This document shows, piece by piece, positions 44,108 to 51,869 of a DNA stretch of 64,000 nt; the stretch's first letter is position 1; every line of letters starts with the position of its first letter. Source of the stretch: Xanthobacteraceae bacterium (lineage in GTDB: Bacteria > Pseudomonadota > Alphaproteobacteria > Rhizobiales > Xanthobacteraceae). Under the pieces are notes generated by a model. The model made no database searches. It worked only from the letters and a program-made list of their open reading frames with translations, and was not told where the DNA came from. Where the stretch lies: assembly GCA_036271715.1 (NCBI GenBank), contig DATBAD010000001.1:83887-147886 (forward strand), read 5' to 3'. Both the position numbers and the translations under genes were made by a program.

Positions 44108-44743
44108 TTATTCAGCGTCGGGTTGGTTTTCCGCACGCGCGCGGTCGAAGGCGGGAAGCGCCGCGCAGGCCGCGTCGATGGCGACGATCTTCGGGAACTT
44201 GTCGAGCGGCACTTTCAGCCGGCGTGCATTGGCGACCTGGGGCACGAGGCAGATGTCGGCCGTCGTGACCGCGGACCCGCAACAGTAGGGCCCAGGCGTC
44301 ACCAATTGCTCCAGCGCCTCGAAGCCGGTGATGACCCAGTGATGATACCAAGCGTCTATCGCCGCCTGTTCGTGGCCCAACTTGTTTTTCAGATAGCGCA
44401 GCGGGCTGGTGTTGTTCAGTGGATGGATGTCGCAGGCGATCAGTTCGGCAAGCCCGCGAACCTTGGCGCGCGCGACCGGATCCTTCGGCAGGAACGGCGG
44501 CTGCGGATGCGTCTCATCGAGATATTCGATGATAGCGAGCGATTGAATCAGCACATCGCCGTTTGACGTTTCCAGCACCGGCACGCGCATTTGCGGGTTC
44601 ACGGCACGGAATTCCGGACGATAATTATGACCGCCGTCTTTGATCAGATGAATCGGCACCGTCTCATAGGCGATGCCTTTGAGATTGAGTGCGATCCGCG
44701 CACGATAGGCGGCCGACGATCGGAAATAGGAATAAAGCTTCAC
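44108..44743 (-). CDS. maiA: Maleylacetoacetate isomerase (zeta-class GST)
   Basis: 211 aa. GTG start overlaps the marR stop (GTGTGA). Contains the zeta signature SSAAYRARIALNLKG. Confidence 0.88.
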   Translation of the reverse strand: MKLYSYFRSSAAYRARIALNLKGIAYETVPIHLIKDGGHNYRPEFRAVNPQMRVPVLETSNGDVLIQSLAIIEYLDETHPQPPFLPKDPVARAKVRGLAELIACDIHPLNNTSPLRYLKNKLGHEQAAIDAWYHHWVITGFEALEQLVTPGPYCCGSAVTTADICLVPQVANARRLKVPLDKFPKIVAIDAACAALPAFDRARAENQPDAE

Positions 44744-45273
44744 ACATCCTCCGCGATCTCACCATTGGCTTCGGCGACAAGTTCGGCCGAGCGGTCGGTG
44801 ATTTTTTGTAACGAACGGATAAACGCCTCGCGATCGTCCGGCGAAAGGATGTCGGTGAGCCGGCGCGCGAAATCGAGCGCATGCGGCGCCACTTCCTCAT
44901 ACATCGTCCGGCCGGGCGTCGTGAGCGACAGAAACGACTCGCGCATGTCGTCGCGATTGACGCGCCGTGCCACGAGTTTGCGCTTTTCCATCACTGCCAC
45001 CGCGCGTGACACTTTTGTCTTGTGCATGTGGCTGTGCGCGCCGATGTCTTTGCCGGTCATGATGCCGTATTGGCCGAGCGTGACGAGGACGCGCCATTCC
45101 GGCACGCCGATCCGATAGCGCCGCGCATAGATGCGCGACAACGCCTGCGAAACGAGGTTCGAGACCACATTGAGCTGATAGGGCAGGAATTGTTCGAGCT
45201 TCAGCGGCGCTTCGGCGGGATTTTGCGCCGTGCCGGTGTCCTCCACGCCGTCAATCGTCTGCTGACTGGACAT
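44740..45273 (-). CDS. MarR-family transcriptional regulator
   Basis: 177 aa. Winged HTH EWRVLVTLGQYGIMTGKDIGAHSHMHKTKVSRAVAVMEKRKLVAR. Confidence 0.88.
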   Translation of the reverse strand: MSSQQTIDGVEDTGTAQNPAEAPLKLEQFLPYQLNVVSNLVSQALSRIYARRYRIGVPEWRVLVTLGQYGIMTGKDIGAHSHMHKTKVSRAVAVMEKRKLVARRVNRDDMRESFLSLTTPGRTMYEEVAPHALDFARRLTDILSPDDREAFIRSLQKITDRSAELVAEANGEIAEDV

Positions 45274-45362
45274 GCCGCGAAGATGGCGGAACTTACCGGC
45301 CCGCGCAACGGCCTGCTGGGCCGTATCCCACCATTTGGGCCTGCGCGAATAAAGCGGTTTCG

Positions 45363-45401
45363 CCAGGTGTTCGTTGCAGTGCCAAGTGTTCGTTGCAGTG
45401 C
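45363..45401. repeat. 19-bp tandem direct repeat x2 (ccaggtgttcgttgcagtg / ccaagtgttcgttgcagtg) in the marR-doxX divergent intergenic region
   Basis: A 16-bp perfect core GTGTTCGTTGCAGTGC occurs at 45367-45382 and at 45386-45401. Read directly from the sequence. Candidate operator or promoter duplication. Confidence 0.9.
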
Positions 45402-45454
45402 TAGATTAGCGGCAGCCGCTCGTACGAAGCGGCGAGATCAAAGGGGGGATCACC

Positions 45455-45919
45455 ATGACAGACGCGACCGCGCCGCGGCCTTACGTTCCGGCATTTTCAG
45501 GAATCTACAACGTCTTCGAACCGTTCGCCTTGCCGGCGTTGCGGATCGTCCTGGGGCTCACGCTCATTCCGCACGGCTGTCAGAAATTATTCGGCTGGTT
45601 CGGCGGCGCGGGTTTCGACAAGTTCACCGAAATCTTCGGCAAGATCGGCTGGTACCCGCCGGCATTCTGGGTCGCGGTCGTCGCGCTGACTGAAACGCTG
45701 GGCGGCCTTATGCTTGCCTTCGGTTTCCTCACCCGCTTTGCCGCGGCTGCAATCCTGATCTTCATGATCAACGCGGTGTGGCTCACGTCCGCCAAGGGAT
45801 TTTTCTGGACCCAGGGCGGCTCGGAATATTCGCTGCTGATCGGAATGGTCGCGCTGGTGTTCTTGATCCGTGGCGGCGGCCGGTTCTCGGTCGACCACGC
45901 GCTTGGACGCGAACTGTAA
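45455..45919 (+). CDS. DoxX-family membrane protein
   Basis: 154 aa with four TM segments. Contains LRIVLGLTLIPHGCQKLFGWFGG. Confidence 0.85.
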   Translation: MTDATAPRPYVPAFSGIYNVFEPFALPALRIVLGLTLIPHGCQKLFGWFGGAGFDKFTEIFGKIGWYPPAFWVAVVALTETLGGLMLAFGFLTRFAAAAILIFMINAVWLTSAKGFFWTQGGSEYSLLIGMVALVFLIRGGGRFSVDHALGREL

Positions 45920-45949
45920 GTTCAAGCGGAACTGGCTTTTGAATCGGGA

Positions 45950-45972
45950 TGGCCGGGACAAGCCCGGCCATG
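45950..45972. terminator. Perfect 9-bp palindromic hairpin (atggccggg-acaag-cccggccat); REP-like bidirectional terminator candidate
   Basis: Lies between the convergent doxX gene and the Cys-rich ORF. The stem was read directly from the sequence and there is no T tract. I recall the motif family GGCCGGGACAAGCCCGGCC as a dispersed palindrome in related alphaproteobacteria; this is from memory and unverified. Confidence 0.5.
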
Positions 45973-45999
45973 ACGCTCAGCGCAAACGTTGAGCGCGTG

Positions 46000-46311
46000 C
46001 TAGCGCGTGCACTCGATGGCGACGAAGTCGTCGCAATTGCCGCCTTTGCAGGTCGTGCCGCTGCCGGTCGGAATGGCGCCGGTGATGTCGTCGCGATCGA
46101 CTTTGCGGAACGACAGCGCCGTGGCGTAGTCGTGCGAGTGGCAATAGGCGTTGGCGACTGTGGCGCCGCATTGGCCGCCGGTCGACAGGCAGTGATCGAC
46201 ACCATAGGCGTCGCTGTCATTGGCGATGATGAAGACGCGCTTTTCGGCTTGAGCGGCGGCGGCGCCGAGAAGCACGGCCGCTGCGGCGGTGACCGCGAAC
46301 ACGAAACGCAT
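46000..46311 (-). CDS. Small secreted six-cysteine protein (hypothetical)
   Basis: ATG at 46311 preceded by GAGGAA. Signal peptide MRFVFAVTAAAAVLLGAAAAQA. 103 aa with six Cys in the mature part. Confidence 0.65.
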   Translation of the reverse strand: MRFVFAVTAAAAVLLGAAAAQAEKRVFIIANDSDAYGVDHCLSTGGQCGATVANAYCHSHDYATALSFRKVDRDDITGAIPTGSGTTCKGGNCDDFVAIECTR

Positions 46312-46672
46312 GATTTCCTCAACTCGGGCGGACCGCGCCCTGACCCAGCCTCGATGGGTTTGACAATGCGATGGCACGGTTAAGCTTCAGTTAAAATGAC
46401 GCTGGCGGGAACGCGTTGGAGCCCGATTCGCGGGCGATTCTCAAGCATCTTGACGCGATACGCCGCCTCGACCATTGTGCGCGCCATGACGAGCAACGCG
46501 CACGCTTTCGGCATTATTTGCCCGGAGATTATTCGCTAGCGACATTCGCTGGCTGCGGCCGTCATTTCTCTAGAATGAGATTTTGGACACGCCCGGCCAG
46601 CAGGCCGAAGGGCGTATAATTCGATTCGCGCGAAGGATTTTTGGCGAAGCTAACTTGAACTTGAATGAGAAA

Positions 46673-48304
46673 ATGGACCTGAAACTCTACGATACGCTGA
46701 GCCGCGAGAAGCGCAGCTTCGTGCCGATCGATCCGGCCAATGTGCGCATGTATGTGTGCGGGCCGACGGTCTACGACTTCGCCCATATCGGCAATGCGCG
46801 GCCGGTGATCGTGTTCGACGTGTTGTTCCGCATGCTGCGCCATCTCTACGGCGCCGAGCACGTCACTTATGTCCGCAACATCACCGACGTCGACGACAAG
46901 ATCAATGCGCGGGCTGCGGAGGAGTATCCGGCGCTGCCGCTGAACGAGGCGATCCGCAAGGTCACGGAAAAAACCGACAAGCAATTCCATGATGACGTCG
47001 CAGCCCTCGGCTGCCTGCCGCCGAGTGTCGAGCCGCGCGCGACCGAGCACATCGCCGAGATGCGCACGCTGATCGAAAAGCTTATTGCCTCCGGCAACGC
47101 TTACGTCGCCGAAGACAATGTGCTGTTCAGCGTCCCGTCGATGAAAGACTACGGTCAATTGTCGAAGCGTCCGCTGGACGAGATGATTGCCGGGGCCCGC
47201 GTCGAGGTCGCACCTTACAAAAAAGACGCGCGCGACTTTGTGTTGTGGAAGCCGTCAAAGCCCGGTGAGCCGTCCTGGCCGTCGCCTGCCGGCGTCAAGG
47301 CGCCGGGGCGTCCCGGCTGGCATATCGAATGCTCGGCAATGTCGTGGAAATATCTCGGCGAGACCTTCGACATCCATGGCGGCGGTATCGATCTCGTGTT
47401 TCCGCATCACGAGGACGAAATCGCGCAATCGCGCTGCGCCTTCCATACGCCGGTCATGGCGAATTATTGGATTCACAACGGCTTCTTGCAGATTGAAGGC
47501 GAGAAGATGTCGAAGTCACTCGGCAACTTCGTGACTATCAGGGAAATTCTACAAGCTCATTGGCACGGTCGAGCGTGGTCTGGCAACGTTGTCCGCCTTG
47601 CGATGCTTACAACGCATTATCGGCAGCCAATCGATTGGTCTGCACGTCGGCTTGCGGAAGTTGAGAAAGAGCTTTTTGCGATCGCCGGCGAATTTCTACA
47701 GATCCCGACGTCTATCTTCAAAAACGATCACAAATCGTTTGCTGACTGGCTCGAAACGGTAAGAGAGCCACTTGACCCGACGTTCATTGAGTTCCTGTGC
47801 GACGATCTGAACATGCCGGGCGCCCTGTCTGCAATTAGACCGAAGTTTCCGAAGATTTCTTCAGATTTGAAGGTAGCAAGCTCTGTGCTGGCCACTCTTC
47901 AATTTGTCGGCGTCTTACATCGACAAAATCTCTTTTTGAATACTTCGCCGATTCTTCGGGGCGTTCTTGACAAGGAAGCGCAACAAGGCGTGTTCCTTGC
48001 TGGTCGTCGGCTTCAAGTTGCGATGCTTAATGGGTATGACCGCGAAATCAACGAGGCGCGATCTCTTTTGACCGATATGGAGATCGAAGCAACCTTTCAA
48101 GCTGGCGGCATTACGCTTTTGAGTCGCGACGCCGATACAGTAAGTGCGCAAAAAGAGTGGATTGAAAAGCGTATAAAAGCCCGTTGGGACGCGCGCGCTC
48201 GAAAGGATTGGGCGGAGTCCGACCGCATCCGCGACGAGCTCTTGGCGATGGGCATCGTTCTGAAAGACAGTAAAGAAGGCACTACCTGGGAGATCGCGCG
48301 ATGA
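46673..48304 (+). CDS. cysS: Cysteine--tRNA ligase (unusually long, 543 aa)
   Basis: ATG 46673 ([18 protein letters not shown]). HIGH motif is FAHIGNARP and KMSKS is present. The conserved C-terminus is [30 protein letters not shown]. Codon usage in the C-terminal third is atypical. Confidence 0.93.
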   Translation: MDLKLYDTLSREKRSFVPIDPANVRMYVCGPTVYDFAHIGNARPVIVFDVLFRMLRHLYGAEHVTYVRNITDVDDKINARAAEEYPALPLNEAIRKVTEKTDKQFHDDVAALGCLPPSVEPRATEHIAEMRTLIEKLIASGNAYVAEDNVLFSVPSMKDYGQLSKRPLDEMIAGARVEVAPYKKDARDFVLWKPSKPGEPSWPSPAGVKAPGRPGWHIECSAMSWKYLGETFDIHGGGIDLVFPHHEDEIAQSRCAFHTPVMANYWIHNGFLQIEGEKMSKSLGNFVTIREILQAHWHGRAWSGNVVRLAMLTTHYRQPIDWSARRLAEVEKELFAIAGEFLQIPTSIFKNDHKSFADWLETVREPLDPTFIEFLCDDLNMPGALSAIRPKFPKISSDLKVASSVLATLQFVGVLHRQNLFLNTSPILRGVLDKEAQQGVFLAGRRLQVAMLNGYDREINEARSLLTDMEIEATFQAGGITLLSRDADTVSAQKEWIEKRIKARWDARARKDWAESDRIRDELLAMGIVLKDSKEGTTWEIAR

Positions 48305-48804
48305 ACGCCCGCGCCATGCCGCAACTCTCGATGCGGCCGATGTTGCCGACCGATGTGCCGTTGCTGGCGGAAATCTTTCGCGCCGCTATCGAGGAGCTGA
48401 CATCGGACGATTACTCCGAGGCGCAGCAGGAGGCCTGGGCGTCGGCGGCCGACGACGAAGAGGAGTTTGGTGCCAAACTCGCCGGCGGGCTCACGCTGGT
48501 CGCGACTTACGATAGCTCGGCCGTCGGTTTCGCCTCGCTCGCCAACAACAGCAAGATCGACATGCTCTATGTGCATCCGGCGGCTGCCGGGCAGGGAGCG
48601 GCCGCGATGCTTGCCGCCGCATTGGAAAAACTTGCCGCCGCACGCGGCGCCAAAGAACTCACGGTGGACGCCAGCGACTCCGCCCGCAGTTTCTTCGAAA
48701 AACGGGGCTTTGTCGCTCAGCATCGCAATACCGTGCCGCTCGGCGGCGAGTGGTTCGCCAACACCACCATGACCAAGAAGCTTGGTGCGCAGGAGAGCGC
48801 GTGA
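48301..48804 (+). CDS. GNAT-family N-acetyltransferase
   Basis: 167 aa. ATGA overlap with the cysS stop. Acetyl-CoA-binding segment [15 protein letters not shown] and C-terminal FFEKRGF. Confidence 0.85.
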   Translation: MNARAMPQLSMRPMLPTDVPLLAEIFRAAIEELTSDDYSEAQQEAWASAADDEEEFGAKLAGGLTLVATYDSSAVGFASLANNSKIDMLYVHPAAAGQGAAAMLAAALEKLAAARGAKELTVDASDSARSFFEKRGFVAQHRNTVPLGGEWFANTTMTKKLGAQESA

Positions 48805-49052
48805 TGGAAGAGCCCGAAACCCCATTCCCACGTCACTGGCTTTATTATCTGATCCTCAAATATGCAGTGATTGCCGCTGCTGTCGGAATTTCAGTATTCA
48901 CCGTCTATCGGCTTTACCGGGGTTGAGAGCAGTACCGTGGACAACAAACAGTCGACGTTCCTCGGCCTGCGCACCCACCATTTGGTCATGGCGCTTGTCG
49001 CTATCCTGATCGCCGCCGCATTGGCGTCGAACTATTATTTGTGGTGAGGCCG

Positions 49053-50645
49053 ATGCCGCGGGAGCGTCTCTATTTATTCGATACGACGCTGCGTGACGGC
49101 GCGCAGATGAATGGTGTCGATTTCACGCTGGCCGACAAGCTCACCATCGCGCGGATGCTCGACGAACTCGGCATCGACTATGTCGAGGCCGGCTATCCCG
49201 GCGCCAATCCTATCGACACGAGTTTCTTCGCCGAGAAGCGTCCGATGAAGGGCAAACTGACGGCGTTCGGCATGACACGCCGCCCCGGCCGCTCGGCATC
49301 AAACGATCCGGGCTTGGTCGGGCTTCTGGACGCACAGGCCGACGCCATCTGCTTTGTCGCGAAATCCTGGGACTATCACGTCCGCGTCGCGCTTGAGACC
49401 ACCGAAGAAGAGAATCTTGCCTCGATCCGTGACAGCGTGCGCGCCGCTAAAGCCAAAGGCCGCGAAGTGCTGCTCGACTGCGAGCATTTTTTCGATGGCT
49501 ATAAAGCCAAGCCCGCTTTTGCGCTCGCCTGCGCCAAGGCTGCTTACGACGAAGGCGCGCGCTGGGTGGTTCTGTGCGACACCAATGGCGGCACGCTGCC
49601 GCACGAGGTCGAGCGCATTGTGGGCGAAGTCTGCGCCGTCATTCCAGGAGATCACGTCGGCATCCACGCCCATAACGATACCGAACAGGCAGTGGCGAAT
49701 TCCTTCGCTGCAGTGCGCGCCGGCGCACGACAGATTCAAGGCACGCTCAACGGACTTGGCGAACGCTGCGGAAACGCCAATCTCGTTTCGATCATTCCGA
49801 CGCTAAAGCTAAAGCCCGACTATTCCGAGAAGTTCGAGATCGGCGTGTCGAACGAAGCGATGGGGCGTCTTGCGCGCGTGTCGCATACGCTCGACGAATT
49901 GCTCAATCGCTCCGCGGATCGCCACGCGCCTTATGTTGGCGATAGCGCTTTTGCCACTAAGGCCGGTATTCACGCTTCGGCGATTGTGAAGGAGCCCGCG
50001 ACTTACGAACATGTCGCGCCGGAGCACGTCGGTAACAAAAGAAAGCTTCTCGTCTCCGATCAAGCTGGCCGTTCCAACGTGCTGTCCGAGCTCGAGCGTA
50101 TCGGAATCGCCGTCAACAAGAACGATCCGCGCGTGACGCGTCTTCTCGATGAGGTCAAGGAGCGCGAAGCGATCGGCTATGCCTATGAAGCGGCTGATGC
50201 CTCGTTCGAACTGCTGGCGCGGCGTATGCTCGGCACCGTGCCGAAATTCTTCGACGTCAGTTATTTCGATGTGAAGGTCGAGCAGCGCGGCCAGAACGGC
50301 AGCGCCGAAGTGCTGACAACTGCCGTGGTGAAGGTCAGAGTCGACAACGAAATACTGATCAACGCGGCGGAAGGCAACGGTCCGGTCAATGCGCTTGACG
50401 TGGCGCTGCGCAAAGACCTCGGCAAGTATCAGAAATATATCGACGGTCTAAAACTCACCGATTATCGCGTGCGTATCCTCAATGGCGGGACGGGCGCTGT
50501 CACCCGCGTCTTGATCGAAAGCGCCGACGAGACCGGCGACCATTGGACCACCATCGGCGTCTCCGCCAATATCATCGACGCCTCGTTCCAGGCGCTGATG
50601 GATTCCATCGTCTACAAACTGGTGAAGTCCGGCGCGGCCGTGTGA
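49053..50645 (+). CDS. cimA: (R)-citramalate synthase / 2-isopropylmalate synthase family
   Basis: ATG 49053 (MPRERLYLFDTTLRDGAQ). HMGL-like TIM barrel (HAHNDTEQAVANS) plus a LeuA-type C-terminal regulatory domain. 530 aa. Confidence 0.88.
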   Translation: MPRERLYLFDTTLRDGAQMNGVDFTLADKLTIARMLDELGIDYVEAGYPGANPIDTSFFAEKRPMKGKLTAFGMTRRPGRSASNDPGLVGLLDAQADAICFVAKSWDYHVRVALETTEEENLASIRDSVRAAKAKGREVLLDCEHFFDGYKAKPAFALACAKAAYDEGARWVVLCDTNGGTLPHEVERIVGEVCAVIPGDHVGIHAHNDTEQAVANSFAAVRAGARQIQGTLNGLGERCGNANLVSIIPTLKLKPDYSEKFEIGVSNEAMGRLARVSHTLDELLNRSADRHAPYVGDSAFATKAGIHASAIVKEPATYEHVAPEHVGNKRKLLVSDQAGRSNVLSELERIGIAVNKNDPRVTRLLDEVKEREAIGYAYEAADASFELLARRMLGTVPKFFDVSYFDVKVEQRGQNGSAEVLTTAVVKVRVDNEILINAAEGNGPVNALDVALRKDLGKYQKYIDGLKLTDYRVRILNGGTGAVTRVLIESADETGDHWTTIGVSANIIDASFQALMDSIVYKLVKSGAAV

Positions 50646-50649
50646 CCCG

Positions 50650-51033
50650 ATGATCGACCATATCTCCGTTGCAGTGCGCGATTTGAAAAGCGGCGAGGCT
50701 TTCTACACGACGCTCCTCGTAACGCTCGGCATGATCAAACTCCGCGAATGGCCGGATACGACGATCGGTTTCGGAAAGAAATATCCGGAATTCTGGATCA
50801 ATAGTCGCGCCGCGATGGACAAGGTTGCCGGCGACAGCGGCGTCCATATTTGCCTGCGCGCGCGTGACGCCGCTGCGGTCGATGCTTTCTATGCCGCGGC
50901 ACTTGCCGCCGGCGGCACATCCGACGGCGCGCCCGGGCTGCGGACCAAATATCACACGAATTATTATGCGGCCTTCATCCGCGATCCGGACGGCAATCGC
51001 GTCGAAGCGGTGACGTTTCTACAAAGCGATTAG
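50650..51033 (+). CDS. VOC/glyoxalase-family protein
   Basis: 127 aa. Starts MIDHISVAVRDLKSGEAFY and ends AFIRDPDGNRVEAV. Confidence 0.85.
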   Translation: MIDHISVAVRDLKSGEAFYTTLLVTLGMIKLREWPDTTIGFGKKYPEFWINSRAAMDKVAGDSGVHICLRARDAAAVDAFYAAALAAGGTSDGAPGLRTKYHTNYYAAFIRDPDGNRVEAVTFLQSD

Positions 51034-51632
51034 AGCCGCTCCGCCGGCACCGTCATTTGCTTTTCCGCCTCGGTCACGTCGCGGGCGGCGTCGCGCAGCA
51101 TCGGCAAAATGTCTTCGGCCTTTTTGGCGACCAGAATTTCGACATGCGAGGACGCCGGCATGAATTTCTGCGCGCGCATGTGATCGACCAGCGCCAGCAT
51201 TGGGTCCCAATAATTGGCGATATTGGCGACCAGGATCGGCTTCTTATGTTGGCCGAGCTGCACCCAAGTGAGTTGCTCGACGAGTTCCTCCAGCGTGCCG
51301 ATGCCGCCGGGCAACGCGACGAAAGCGTCGGCGCGCTCGAACATCGTCTGCTTGCGCTGATGCATGTCGCGGGTGACGATCAGTTCCTGCGCCAGCTTTT
51401 TCGGCCGCTCGCGCTGGGTTAGAAATTCGGGAATGATGCCGACGACTTCGCCGCCATTATTGATCACGGCTTCGGCGACGGCGCCCATCAGGCCGACGGA
51501 GCCGCCGCCATAGACGAGCTTTACGCCGTCCTTAGCCATGATCCGGCCGAGTGTGGTCGCTGCTTCCAGGAATGCCGGCTCGGTGCCGGGGCTCGATCCG
51601 CAATAAACGCAGACCGCATTGATTTTACTCAC
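51030..51632 (-). CDS. LOG-family (TIGR00730) nucleotide phosphoribohydrolase
   Basis: GTG start at 51632 preceded by GAGGA. Contains SKINAVCVYCGSS, GGGSVGLMG and PGGIGTLEE. 200 aa. The ORF-track start at 51743 adds non-conserved residues. Confidence 0.87.
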   Translation of the reverse strand: MSKINAVCVYCGSSPGTEPAFLEAATTLGRIMAKDGVKLVYGGGSVGLMGAVAEAVINNGGEVVGIIPEFLTQRERPKKLAQELIVTRDMHQRKQTMFERADAFVALPGGIGTLEELVEQLTWVQLGQHKKPILVANIANYWDPMLALVDHMRAQKFMPASSHVEILVAKKAEDILPMLRDAARDVTEAEKQMTVPAERL

Positions 51633-51869
51633 GGAAATATCCTCATAGACGGGTAGATGTGGCCTCGATTCGCTCTCCCTGCAAGCGCTTTGCCAACGGT
51701 GAGTGCGTTTTCGGCGCAAAAGCCCGGATGCCGCTGCATGCAAAAGTTCCTATATGACGAGGAACACGAAGAGGGACGGTGAAGGTCTGCTGCCAATCGC
51801 TGCGGACCGCCCGGGGCTAACGATCCGATGAGAGCATTCCAGCGAGCGGCGCGGCCAAGCCAGGGCGAA

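Noticed and set aside
46583-46620. A sigma-70 promoter for cysS, from TTGGAC at 46583 and a perfect TATAAT at 46615-46620.
   Set aside because: The spacer between the hexamers is 26 nt, and no acceptable -35 lies 17 nt upstream of the TATAAT. It may be a -10-only promoter but is not supportable as a called feature.
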